A DNA stretch of 64,000 bases from Raillietiella orientalis (Eukaryota): NCBI GenBank assembly GCA_036172245.1, contig JAYWIR010000030.1:2356001-2420000 (forward strand), read 5' to 3'. The position numbers and the translations under genes were made by a program. How positions within the stretch are numbered: position 1 is the stretch's first letter; each line of letters begins with the position of its first letter. The notes beneath the pieces were generated by a model. That model did no database searches and was not told the DNA's origin. It worked only from the letters and a program-made list of their open reading frames with translations. Below are positions 39,001 to 51,420 of the stretch, piece by piece.

Positions 39001-42000
39001 GGCCGGGAAAACATTCCGGGTTCATGAGACGGAAAGTCTCCAGGGAAACAGAGAGCGGGAGAAGCTGAGGAAGTCCTTAGCGGTATCAACGATGAGACGA
39101 GCTCCATTCTCAACCCCTTTATCTTCCCTCCCCTTCCCCAAACACTCGCAACGAGCCACCCCTTTCGCGCACTTGAGGTCGTCTTCGGTGGCCGGCCAAC
39201 GGGTGCCCCCTGCCCTCATGGAACCCATTCCAGCCCAGTCCCACTCCTTCCGGGGTGTGTTCTCGCTTCTCCCTCTCCTCTGCATTCACCCAGCCAGAAG
39301 GATACTCAGGAGGGCAGGAAGAGTGCAGGGAAGAGGGACGGGAGTGTCTGTCCCGGTGGGTGTGGGTAAGATGCTCTGCGCTCCGGCTTAGGAGTGTTTC
39401 CAAGGGGACTCAGGGCGGAGCCAGCGAGGAAAATAGTCAGAAGGTGGGGCGTGAGAATTCTCCCGCGGAATGGTGGTGGCGGGAAGGGTTCTAGCGTCCT
39501 CTACTCTAGTTCCCGTGTTTCCTGGCTCACGGGTGGGCTGGAGCCGAACTGGAGAGAAGCGGGATATAGGGGAGGATTCGAAGGAAGAGCGGCTGGCGTG
39601 CCACGTAAGAGAACTCCAGCTGTCCCTGCACTTCCTCGTCCGTTTTCAAGGACCTGTCCTCTTCTCCTGCACTCGCTGGAGGCACGTCAGAGTGACACAA
39701 ATCAGATCGGCGGACTCGCGGGACCGTCGCCTGAGAGCCGCGCACTTCCTGCTGTCAGGATGTTCGCTGCCGGTTCACCTGAACCAATCGACTCCGAGAG
39801 CGATAACGAGAGATGGAGATTCCTGTACCTCGCTCAATGGCTCCGGTACCAGCTAGGACGCCCCCTCTGGAATGGGAACGGAACCGCATGGCCGAGCGGG
39901 TCCAGAAGGAGGCCTCTGCGAACCTCCCGACCCTCGCAACGCCTCGAGTCAAGAAGGCGGACTCGGCGTCCCTGACTCCGAAGGACTTCCGCAGCCTACC
40001 GTCAAGCTGCAGGTTCCCTTCCCCCTTCCGCCCCCATTCGGTGCGGAAAACCTCGCCCGGAGTCTCAACACTCCCGCTTCGACAGACAGAGGCCACTTGC
40101 AGCGAGGAGCCCTTGCCTTGGGACGCTGCCACGTGCTGATTGCATTCCGAGCTCGGGGCCAAGGCGACAGTTCGGATGACCGATGGGCTGGACGACGGTC
40201 CCGCGATGCAAGCGGCGAGGAAAGCAGTCGCCGAGCGAGGTGACGAAGATCGCGAAGAAATAGGACAAAACCGAGCAAGCACGAGGGAGAGAGACGCGAG
40301 ATGAAACATCTTCATCCGAAAAGGCGACGTGGTTGCCGCCAAGCCTTCGAAGGAGAAGCCGTTCTCTGGGAACGTCTTCCTAGGCATTGTTTCCCATACT
40401 GGGTATCAAATGGCCTCATTAATAGGCGGTTTGTGGACCCGCTGGCTGCAAAAGACGTGCCGGCGACCGCTTCCGACGAAACCGAGTGAAGGCACAGGCG
40501 GACCACCCGCGGAGCAGCGAGATGAAAGGACAGGTTGCTTGCCACCGCGACAGTGCAGAGGGCTTCCAGGACTCGGAGGATCCTTCCCGTTTCCGGGAAA
40601 GCTCCGAGCTCCTCCATCCGAGCGGCGGCCGCGGCCTTCCGTCCAGCCTCTCTCTCTTGTGGAGCATGCGCCGCTGGCGAGCGGAGGTGCCTGAGAATGG
40701 AAACGTGTCCCGTGGTTGCCCGTGGTGTGCGACGGAACACGGCTCCACTCGTGGGAGGGTTTCAAGGTTGTCCATGACGACTGAGTGGTGCTGTCGCCGA
40801 AGAACCCTCCCCATTCCCCTCGACGGGCGTCCTCAGTAGCCGTACGTGACTCAATGGAACATCGCGTCGTTTTCAGTCGATCGCCTCCGTTGCTCCTCGG
40901 GTCGCCCTCTGAACTCCTCAGATCGGTCGACATGGGGGGAGAGATCGCTGAGGACGACGGAGTAAAACTGCGCGGGAGTGTACCCGCGCAGCCTCCCCGT
41001 CCCGATGAGCACGGCGCGGCAGGAGCGCCTGCGGGAGCGTCTCCGTAGGTCGGATACCTCCACGGAGGCTACTCACTCCCCACAGACTTTCGGCTCCCCA
41101 CTTCTCTCCCCTGCGATCCTGCATCCGGAAGAGTGAGAGCGTTAAGTGCTGGGGGGAGGCCTTCTCGGCTCGCTTCCTCGAGAAGGACGCGATCGCCCTC
41201 AGGGTGTTCGCGGAGGAGCGCCCGTGAGCACGAAGCGTTCTTCAGCTGGTCGTTTCGGGACCGTCCGAGAGCGCTCACCCAGCTGGGAGTGGTAAGGACG
41301 GAGACGACAGGCGCTGCTGAGTGACAGGCGTCGCCAGCTGGTGGTCGAATTTGAAATCATCGCTGAGGCGACAAGCTCTGCCGGGAAGCCTCGACGACCC
41401 ACCTCTGCAGGAGAGCATCCCGAATCCTGCATCTGCCGAAGATTGGAACCCGAAACAAGAGTTCTTAGATCTTCCTGGGCATGGGCAGAGAGGGATGGAC
41501 CACGCAGGGAGGCATCTTGAGGCTGAGGTGAGAGGGGATGGCGGCAGACAGCTGCAAACAGGCGACAGCGGGAGGAACGGAGCAGCGATTTATCCGTTAC
41601 GACGACGACGCCCACACGATGGACTGCCAGCTCGGAGAGAGGGAGAAGCCCCTCCGTCGCGCGAGGAACGAGAAGCCGCGGTACAGGGCGTGGGATTCCC
41701 TGCACCAGCGCCTCCCGACGAGCATCCGCCAAGGTGGGCGCTTTCTCCAGCTGATAGGGGAAGCGGGGAGGGGCGGAAGCGCGCTTGTAGACTTCTGCCG
41801 GCTCCACACGGAGGTAGCTGGCGAGCCTGCGAGGAACTTCCGAATCGCGCGAGCGCTCACCTCCAGGCCGCGTGGAAGGAGAAGGGGAGGGAGCGATTCT
41901 CTCCCCCACCCCTTCCTGGAAGAGAGCTCGGCCAGCGCCTGACGTAGCGGAGTCGGGGTGGGAGTAGTGTCGAGCAGGAGCTTTCCTGGGGTTCTCCAGG

Positions 42001-43700
42001 GCAGACGGACGGGCGGCCCGGCGCTCTGGCAAGACGCGCGCGCCGTTCCCGGCTTCCTCGGGGGTACTGCGGCGCCGCGGCCGCCGTCGCGTGCCGTCCT
42101 CTCCCGGAGGTTCCCCAGTCGCAGTGGCGTGCGGATCGGATCAGGACGGAGGGCGCGGGATGACGCCCGGCCCGTCTGAGTAGCCCGCGCGCGCTCATTA
42201 CTGGACAGACGCGGCGGGCCCTGCCAGGAGGCCAGCCAGGAGAAGCAGCAGCAGCAGCAGCAGCTCCCTCCCGGGTCGTTGCCTCCGGCCCACACGCTCT
42301 CTCTCTCCCCGCGGCTCCCCCTCCTCCACGCGAGCCGCGCCCCTTCCGCTGGTGTCCAAGGAGGCCCCGCGGCGGCGTGCATGCCCCGCGATCCCCCGGC
42401 CGACCCTTCCTCCCGGCCACCTTCCGGCCCTCTTTCTCATTCCTGCCCCCGCGGATCATGGGCGCGTGCGCCCGGTGAGTCCCCTGCGCGCCGAACGGAA
42501 GCGCCCCCCCCTTCGAAGACGGTCGGCTGAGGGCGCTCGTGGGAGGCCCCACCTCCCCGCCCTCCTTCGTTTCGGTCGGCTCGTCCACTCACAAGGCTCC
42601 TCCCCCTCAGGCGCCAGGAGCCCCGCCCCCGAGACGGGGCCGGACTGGGATAGGGGAAGAACAGGAAGAAGCGAGAGGATGCTCTGGGTCCAGGACCCCG
42701 CTCGGGAAAGCCCTTGCTTTCGGACCGGCCGCTAGCCCGTCTGCCAGGAGCAAACGTGAAGGGGGAGGCAGAAGGGGCCATAGAAGCTACGGGAAGGATG
42801 GGAAAGACGAGGACCCCGGGATGAGAAAGAGCCCCTGCCCGCCTGCTCTGAGTACCTGGCAGTGAAGGCAAAGGACCGCTCCCCTCCCCTCGTCCGGGCC
42901 CGTCACGGACCCTGCTGAGCAGCACCCCCTCTCCAGCATCCCGTAAGTACCCTCCTCCCTTTTTTTCTTGTACTCCCGACATCCCTGAACGCTCGCCCGC
43001 CATGCGGGTGGGACCGTGGGCAACCTCTCTGCCTTCTGGGAGGGCGGCGGGGATGCCGTCGCACGCGCTCCCTGCCGAGAAATACCGCCGTCACCATCCT
43101 CCTCGGAGATTGCACTGGATCCCGCGAGGGGGGGCCCCCGAAATAGCAATCAGTGCCCTTTGGGGGCAAGGCAGGGGATGCGTCCCCATGAGCCGCACAG
43201 TCGTTTTCCCCTACTGCGCATCGTCTTCGCGCCCCCGCCCATCTCCGCCCAAGCGACTTTCCAAGGAGCACGGGCGGCTTTGATGGCCGTGGGTCCGGGA
43301 CCTCCGCGTGGAGAGGGAGGCAGCCAAATCTGGAGAAGCTCCTGAGGGCTCTTCCTTATCCCAGTGGTCCCGCTGCTGGCGATCGGAGGAAGGCAACGAG
43401 AGTCTCCCTCCGCCCAGGGACACCCGAAGGTTCCCAGGGCATCGAAGGAAAACCCACCCCCTACTGGGGTGGCACTATACCGCCGCAGGGCCTACGACCA
43501 GTGGGCTTCCTGTCCCCCAGGAATTATAGCTCAAACCACGTCTCCAAGCGAGGGAAGCAGGCGATGCACAATGTCGAGGGCAATGTCGGGGGAGCCAAGG
43601 CGGATCGGTTGGTCCCGCAAAGGTCACGTGAGGGTCCCTCCTGTTTCCAGTCTGGAGGCGACTCCGGAATGCGGGGGCAGAGGATTGCCCGGAGCTCCAA
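36050..43700 (+). mobile_element. Decayed Tx1-like LINE (ORF1 ~36050-37050, ORF2 ~39300-41950, C-terminal piece ~43300-43550), probably with internal insertions
   Basis: ORF1: PTGSRR, IPSGIFKIPGFL...GRQQT (36749-36935). APE: WGVRIL, GRVL, QLGRPL (39445-39868). RT: PLDGRPQ*PY (~40817-40845), RYDDDA (~41594-41612), WALSPADRG (~41735-41760). Joining ORF1 and ORF2 into one element is inference. Confidence 0.55.
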
Positions 43701-43949
43701 CCCGGGCAATCCGGGGGAGCACCGACTCGTCGGTCCTCCCTCCTCAGCTGCTGCTGCGGCGGAGAGTCCTATCCATCCCGGCTCTTCCTTTCTTTGCTGC
43801 GGCCGGTCTTTCGGTGTCGGTCCCCAAAGGGCCACCCTCGCTCAGCTCCTTCGTTCCTGTGTCCTCGTTCAGCCACCCAGGAGCTCAACCAGTCGCCGCA
43901 GCAGGCAGAGGTCTCTAGGAGGCAAAACCCCTGCCTGAGGCAACGGGAA

Positions 43950-45750
43950 GAAGGGGCAAGATGGGCTTCTGAGGAGCCGGCCGCATTCCCATGCATTCCT
44001 CACTGGAAGGGGCGGAGGGTCCAAGGAGCGGGGCGCTCTAGGCAGAGGCAGTGCGAGCTGGGGCTGAACGGATGGAGCTTTCTTGTTGGGCTAGTCCAGA
44101 TCCTTCCCACCTTCCGAGAGATCCCTGATGCGCTCATAGGAAGGCAAATCTCTCCTCTCCACTCCTTGCTTGCTGGCGTCCGGGGCGGAGATCCGCGTGG
44201 GCGCAACACAAACCAGCAACAGTTGTTCAAGGACCCCTATGACCGTAATGGGGACTTCGAAGCGTTCGCGGTGAGAAGGGACAGGGAAAGGAGCTCGTTC
44301 TTCCTAAGATCGTGCGGGAGCAGAGGATGGGAAGTGGGTTGCTCCATCTTCTGCCCCCAACGATCGACCTCAAAAGGAGAGGGAGAGGCGGGAGGAAACG
44401 AGAAAAGAGAGAGAGGAAACATCCCGAATTCTGGGAGGCGCCCTCGCAACTCATCATCGCCCGCCGACCAGGAAGGAAGCAGAGCCGAGCGGAGGGTCCC
44501 TCGCTGCTCCGTCCGGGCAGGAGCAGCTCGGTAGGTCGGCCGCCGGCGGCGGCGCGCCCGTCCATCCATCGATCGGTCGCCTCCCCGGTCGGCGTCACGA
44601 GACCTCCGCGTGCGCCGATCCTGCGGCCGCTCGAGGTTGCGCTCATCCCCTGACGCCACGAGGGACCCGGGCCCGCCAGCGCAACTACCCCGCGTAGCGT
44701 CCACAGGGAAACTTCCCCTGGGGCTACGCGCGAGCTGCGAGTCGCTTCTCATCTCGGCAACAGCGTCCCTCTTCTGCCGCCGCGCTTGCGTCCTGTCCTG
44801 GGATCTCCTTCGCTCAATTCCTGCCTCTTCTTCCTCCCTCCTCCTCCTCCTCTTCCTCCTTCTCCCGCTTTCCCGACTGCCGCGATCCTTCGCAGGGAGG
44901 ACGGCGACGCCCATCAGTCCCAACGGCGTTTGCGCATCATTGATTGAAGGCGCAAGTTGAAACGGTCGTCCCGGTAACAACTGCCGTATCTACCCGCAGC
45001 CCTGGAGATTTTTCTTTCTAGAGTTCGCCCGCGCTCGTTGGCGACACCGCGGGCGCATGTGCACGGTAGGATCGCGACGACGCCATCAGCGGGGAGATCG
45101 GAAGGGATGGAGGGTGGGAGGGCTGGGGAGGGAGGGGTTTCCACAGGAACAATTCCCGAGTGACGCTGGCCGGCCCATGTCCCTCCTTGTCGACTTCCGG
45201 TAGGGCGGAAACCGTCTCGGAAGTCGCTCGCTCCCCCTCCTCTCTTTCCTCACATGGAGCCCTTGTACTCAACCCCCTTCCCCACTCCATTTCCACGAAT
45301 CCGGGAGTACTGCTCGCGCGGGAGATGCAGAGAACGTCTTCCGGAGCGCCCTCGAAAGTTCCCGGGCGATGCAAATCAATCAGAGCTGATTTGGTTTCTC
45401 GGGGGAAGCTCTCCCGAGGGCGTGGGGACGGCAGAAGGGGAGCAAGGGGCCTGCGCTTCCGGGTGCCGACTTCGCGGAGAGCCTCCCTTTCGACCAGAAG
45501 CCGGGTCGCTTCCGACGGCGTGGTTTGGTTGCGCATGTAACCGGGGAAGAGGAGGAGCAGGAGAGGCTGCAGCGGAACTCTCAGAACGGTCGAGTGTGTC
45601 ACAGTGGTGCCGCGGAATAGGCGCGAGCGGGGACGGGAGGGAGGGGAGAAAGGGATCTACGGAGCAGCCGTCACGCTGACTCCTTGAGTGGTGCCGCTGC
45701 CGGGTTTTCGGAGCCAGGAAGCAGCAACCCACTCCCCTCGCGGGACGGGG
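43950..45750 (-). mobile_element. LINE fragment: ORF1 plus start of APE
   Basis: TVLRVP, GTRKRR, IDLHRPGTFEGAPEDVLC (45328-45590), a low-complexity charged tract, then LSLLTANA (~44262-44286) and GEICLP (~44138-44155), resembling the APE start. Confidence 0.45.
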
Positions 45751-45983
45751 TCGGCGGCGGCGGATCGACTGCCCCTCGGACCCCACCCCTGCGACGACGC
45801 CGGCAAGTTGGCCGGAAAACTCGCACTCCTCCCCCCGCCGGCAGCTCCCTCCTCGGAGTGGTGGAGAGTGGCGTGTGCGGAAGCAGGCAGGCGGCGCTTC
45901 CGGCGTTCCATGCTGCAGCAAACTCATCTCGCTTGCATCCCTATGATATCGATTTTTTTTTTTCTTTATAATGTTTCTTTGCT

Positions 45984-46042
45984 TGTGTGTGTGTGTGTGT
46001 GTCTGTGTGTGTGTGTGTGTGCGTGTGCGTGTGCGCGCGCGC
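45984..46042. repeat. (TG)n / (GCGTGT) / (GC)n compound microsatellite
   Basis: Direct reading. Confidence 0.92.
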
Positions 46043-47049
46043 TACACTCTTTCCGATCCTGAGCCTCCGAGACAAATGGATCGATACTTGAAGTGACCCT
46101 TCCAATATTCATAAAGAGCAGGAGTGCAGCAGAAGCAGCAACTCCCCATCTCGCGAGAGCACGCCAACTTTGCTCCTCATCTTCTCGTCTTCAAACCCTG
46201 ACAAATAAAATTCCCAGAGTTCCGAGTGGCCCCCGCTCAGCTTCCGGGAGAGAACGAGGACGGGGGCCTTTGTGGGGATGACCCAAGCGTTTTTGGATGC
46301 CCCTGCGGAAAGGAAAGGAAGAAATGAGAAAGGAGATTCCAGGAAAAGAAAGCATCGCCCCCTTTCGAAAAGAAGATGCGACCCCCCTCTTCGCTTCTTT
46401 GCCTTTCGTCAGCAAAGCAAAAATTGGGAGGCTCGGGCGTCCACGTCTGCGGCGCTCCGGAAGCCAAGCGAAAAGCTCCGATCTCGAAAGAGACTCAAAC
46501 AGCAGATGACAAGCAGCGTCAGCATCCGAATAGCGCGAAAGTCTTTCTGGCGAGGAGAGGACTTTAGAGAAAAAAGAGGAGTGGGAGGAGGATTAATTAG
46601 CATGGGATGACAGGGTGAGTTTGACGAGATGAACGCGCTTCATCAGGGATCGATTCGCATCGAGTGCTCCGCGATGTAGCCGTTTGCTAAATCGTGTGAT
46701 CAGCAACGTTCCGAATAGGCATCTGTGGGCAGACGCTGCAAATGCGGCCCTGCGAAGAGCGGCTGACGCCATTCGGGCATAATCGCGACGTGACGCCATC
46801 CATCCATTACGACTGGTAGAGGACAAAAACATGGCTGCCGAATCCGCACTGCTGGCTGGAAATTGTCACTATCGCATTGGGAGCATCTCTCGGGTAGTCA
46901 GCTTAGACGTCCGAGGGACTCCCGAGTCCAGCGAGTCGGGGACAGCCCCCACCAAGAAGCACATGGGATCTTCTGCCTCGAGAGCTCACCAGAGGGTCTT
47001 GGGCGAGCAGCGGAATTGAAAAGTCAGATCCGACTGTGCTCTAATCGAA

Positions 47050-49250
47050 TTAAAATTCTTTCGGATACCTGACGGGTAATGAGGGAGGATTGGGGAGCAG
47101 TAAGAGGGGACGGACTGAAGGAAATTGGAGAAGAGGGTAGCTGGGAAAAACGGTTCTTAATCGAGATTCATGACGAGGAAGCCCGCTCGTTTCCACCCGC
47201 TCCACGGGCCTCACTCCCACTCCTCAGCCAGTGGTTCCAGACTAGCTGGTTTCCCGAGGCAGGGATGAGGGCGACTCGGAAGCCAAGCGGGGAAGCGAGA
47301 GAAGGTGCCATTATCGATCGCGGCCAGGTGGACAGACTCCAAGGGTGGATAAGGCAGGGAAATCGCGAAGCTCTCTGACATTGCTTGCCCGGCCACAGAC
47401 TAGCCGGCCGAAGGAAATAGGGTGTCCGTGCTGGGGATCGACCACTCGTTGCTCCAGTGGCTTCGTCTGAAGCTCCCGTACGAAGAGTGGCGGCGATCAT
47501 CAGGTGTCCCCTTGAGAGGGGAATTCACGAGGGCGCCTGCTTGGTGAGTCCACGGACGGGACTGCATGCAATAATGGGCACACAACGTGAAAGCCCTCAG
47601 CGGAAAGCGTCAGGAAGAACGCATCTGCCGGTGGGAACAGCAGCCGCAACTTTAGAACCACTTGAAATTCGACTGCCATCGGCAGCGGCCAACAGCGCTT
47701 AGTTGTTGTTGTTTTCTACTTCCCCAAATGTCCTGGTTTGGCGGCTGCCGCTGGACAGCCGCCTGCGTGCGATAAGAATCTTCTTCCAGGAGGAAGAGGG
47801 GAACGAAACGCGGTGCCGATACGGAAGCCACGAGCCCCTTGTTTGCTTTCGCCCTCCGGACCGATAAGAGTGCACAGCAGCCTCCTTGTTTCCGTGACGT
47901 GAGCAGCAGCGCACCCTCCAGAACCGCGTTCCATGACCTCTTCGAGACACAACGACTCTCGCCGCTCGCGCTTAGAGACGCTTTTCAACCGATCGCCAGA
48001 AGCATCATTTAATACCAGGAGTCTTCAACGAGGCCAATAGAGCGCCAGACGTGCAAACGCCGCCACGCACGCGCGCACGGGTCTTGTTTCTTCTCCCTCG
48101 TGGTTGCATCAAAGGGCAAGCGAAAACTCGACCTTGAGAGTTGATTTCCGGAAGAACCGCATCGTTCCCTCTGGCGGTGAACTCGCGAGGAGCAGGCGGG
48201 GCGGTCCCTGACTGCCAAAACCCGCGCTCCCGATGGCGTGGACTCGTCGGATCGCGAGGCCGCAGACTCCGCTGGAAGGTTCAACCTCTGCACCCGTCAT
48301 TCGCCGGACAGTAAGTTGCCCGGTTACCCTCAGTCTGATACGTGGGCCTCGCCGCCTCGCGCCAGGAGCCCGTGTGTTCCACAGCCATCCACCTCGATTG
48401 CGTTGGAGTGCGTCTCGTGAGCGCAGGTCGTTCCACGCGCCCTTGCACGGTCATTCAGAGATTTTTTCCCGTGTGGCCATGGCAACCGCATGACCCTCAA
48501 AGACCTCCACCAAACTTCCTTGGCAACCGTTGTCGAAAACGCGCGCATCTGCGACCGAATGAGAATTCTGAATTGGCATCAGCGGCGGGAGAAGAAGAAA
48601 TGGGGGTTGAGAACGGGCGCTGGTGGCCGAAGAACGACTTTCGGTGGTATCACCTAGAGACCTCGCAGGAAGGAGCGGCTGGGACTTTCAGAGCCCACCG
48701 AGCGAGTTCCTCGGGAAAAGTTGCTCTCGTTTCGGATGTGGGGTCGGCAGGATACGCAGGGAACCGGTAAAACATTTGGCCGAGCGCGTCCACAACGTTG
48801 AGGGATCGAGTTGAACGGGCTCGTCTCCCAAACGGTGAGCCCGAGGGACATTGGCATCGGGTGAGTCGCGCGCGCGCGTAATCAGACGCACTGAGCCTTG
48901 CAAACAAGGGGCGACCACACCCGCCACCAACGAGTAGGATCAAAGGCGGGCCACACTCCCTCCAGTCAGATCTCTTGAAGGGCGTGCTGATGGCCGGTGG
49001 CGCCAGCCGTTCTACACCGGCCCTTCCGTTCGCGTGTAGTGGGCAACGACCCACCTTGCACTCACGGAACCAGCCGGTCAGGGATGCACTGCTCGCACTT
49101 CCGGCACACGATGCGAGTGCGACCGGCAGTCAAGAAGGCACCAGTGGCAGTTGAAACCCGGGGAGGCTGCTGGTCTCTCCAGTGCAGGGGCCGCCCGCTC
49201 TTCTCTCCTGCTCCCCCGCGTTCTCAGCGGCCGCTGCCAGTTGCTGCCTG
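47050..49250 (-). mobile_element. Decayed RLE-type (R2/NeSL/Utopia-like) non-LTR reverse transcriptase with N-terminal zinc-finger-like segment
   Basis: CRKC (~49095-49107); KKQDP...WRSIGLVEDSWY...DRLK (47983-48092); HGTRFWRVRCCSRH (~47895-47935; cf. QKGF....GC.EH); SWL..GTAFRS (~47802-47835; cf. AWLD..NAFGS). These variants are typical of R2/NeSL rather than L1/Tx1. Confidence 0.55.
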
Positions 49251-50147
49251 AGACGCGCGCGCAACAACCCTTGAGCTCGGGCGTGCTGCCGAGAGAAAAT
49301 GTGCAGGACTGGGTAGGAGGATGGAACTAGAGAAAGGAGTTGCTAGGCCGCCCCAAGGGCAACGGAGATTCCCCGAAGATCTTATCCCTTTTCCGTCCCC
49401 ACGGCAACCGAGGTGATGGCGGCCATCCCGAACTGCGGTGGGGAAGCAGGACGGAGTGTCTGGTCTCCCTGGACCCCCAAAGTTCTGCTCCGTAACTCTC
49501 ACTAGCCCGCGCGCAGCAGTCCCGCACACGCGCCGACGACGCCGAGCGCCGCTCGAGGGGACTGATCCCCGGCGTCGAAAGAGGCTCCCTGTCTCTCCCC
49601 CAGGGCGCCGGATGACGTTCGGGGCGGCACGTGCAGCGGGCTAGAGCCAACAAGTAGCCCAGGCTCCTGCCGTGCTCGCAGAGGATGCGGGAAGGCGAGG
49701 GCGGGCGGCTACATTCAGCCGCGTCGCTTCCCCCGGAGGGTTCCTCGGGGCCTGAGCCAGCGGGTCACCCTTTCTCAGCACGAGAGCATCGCCGCTCCCA
49801 CTTCGCCCTCGTCCGGTCCCCCGCATGGAGGAGAGAGGCAAGCAGGCAGGCGGGTGAGGAGCAGAGGTCCTCTAAAGCGTCTCTCTCGTCGCCCCGGAGA
49901 ATGCCCGACTCCCTTCAGGAGAAACAGCGCGTCTGCCGACTTGCGCTGCGAGGTCAAAGTTCGACCGCGCCTTCCGCCCCGCCTTCCTCGGTCCCTCTTT
50001 TGCGAGATGCGCTGCGCCTAGTCGCCGGTCCCGCGGATGCGGCGCGAGAGGACGCGGTCACGTGATCGCTGTAAAGGCCGCCCGCGCGCGCGGGAGGACG
50101 ACGCGGGATATCCTCTCCTAAATCTTCTTCCTTCGAATCATAAACTG

Positions 50148-51420
50148 TTTATTAACGGTCAGGATTAGCTCCTCTTTGAGCATCCCTGCCGGCTGCTCCC
50201 CTACTTCATCTCGAAACGAGTACCCGAAGCTACGCGCCATTACTCGACATTTCAGAAATTCCTTCTGTCTACTTGATACCGTTGTTTTCAATTATGTCGA
50301 TCTCCAGGAATCCGGATCCGCTCTAAGCGTGGGATAATGGGTTCATGAACAGCCATTCAGATTTCCTCGAAGAGGACTTCTTTGTCGAAGGATTCCACCC
50401 GCGCTCCCCTCTAGGATTCATTTGTACAACAGCAAGGGAGGGTGCCACGGCCACGGTTGTTGAGGGCTCATCCGCTGCTCCGGTGGTGATTTCTGGAAAG
50501 CGTAGGACTGGCGTGCATCCGCGCTGCTGCTCCGCTGGCCTACCCACCCACCCGTGCATCGAGGGAAACAAGATTCATCCCCGGGAGCGACCATGCAACC
50601 ATGCCCGTTCGTTCCACGTGGAGGGCAGCGCCCTATCTTCCTCCGCAACTCCTCTGCGCTCCCACTTTCAGCACCTCCTTGCGTTTTCTCTCCTCTCCCT
50701 GACGTCGGCCAGCCCGCTCTCGCAGGGCGAATTGTTGCCCTCACCGCGAGCTTCCCCCAGCGCTGCGAGCGGCACGAAATGCAGTGCTCTCTGCTGGGCG
50801 AAAGCTCCATACCCTTCCCCCCGCCGATGCTTCCTGCCGCACACCGCGAAAAGACAGGGCCTGTCTCAGGAATGGGCGAAATTGATCTAGACGAGAGCTG
50901 GGGTACCCTCAGTACTTGGTCTCGGTGCAATCAGTCTACGTTGGGTGTTTGGACACACGTCCGAACGATGGATGGGAATGGCATTCGGACGGGCGACGCG
51001 CATTCGTCAGTGTGAGATATGGGACCGGAAGTTTGGCGCGATTTCAGGAAGCCTCTTTAATCGATTACCAATCCCTGAAAACTTTCAAGATCCTGAGTGC
51101 CGCGCTCCCCTGGTGGGTGCTCCGGAGCGTTCCCTTCGGTCACCGAGGTGCTCAAAACAGGGAAAGAGCAGGATCACCCGGAGACTGCGGGATCATCGTC
51201 CTTCTTTCTTCCGGGACTTTGATGGAAGTCGGATGCAGGCCCTGAGCTTGTAGGTGGGGAGCCACGATGCGCCTCTATGAGCAGCGGCCTCCTCGAGACG
51301 ACTCGCAACGGCGCGAGCGTGTTGGGCAGTGTGCGGTGCGTCAGAGGATGGAAAGAAAGAGCTTCAAAGGCCGGAAAAGACAGAAGAAAGAAGAAAGGAG
51401 AGGGAGGCAGAAACCCAAAG
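50148..51420 (-). mobile_element. LINE fragment: ORF1 plus start of APE, with downstream AATAAA
   Basis: Pyrimidine-rich leader (51345-51420); KLPVPYLTL and HRSDVCP (50948-51035); LAVVQMNPRG (~50407-50437; cf. TLN-x-RG); AATAAA on the minus strand at 50148-50153. Confidence 0.45.
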
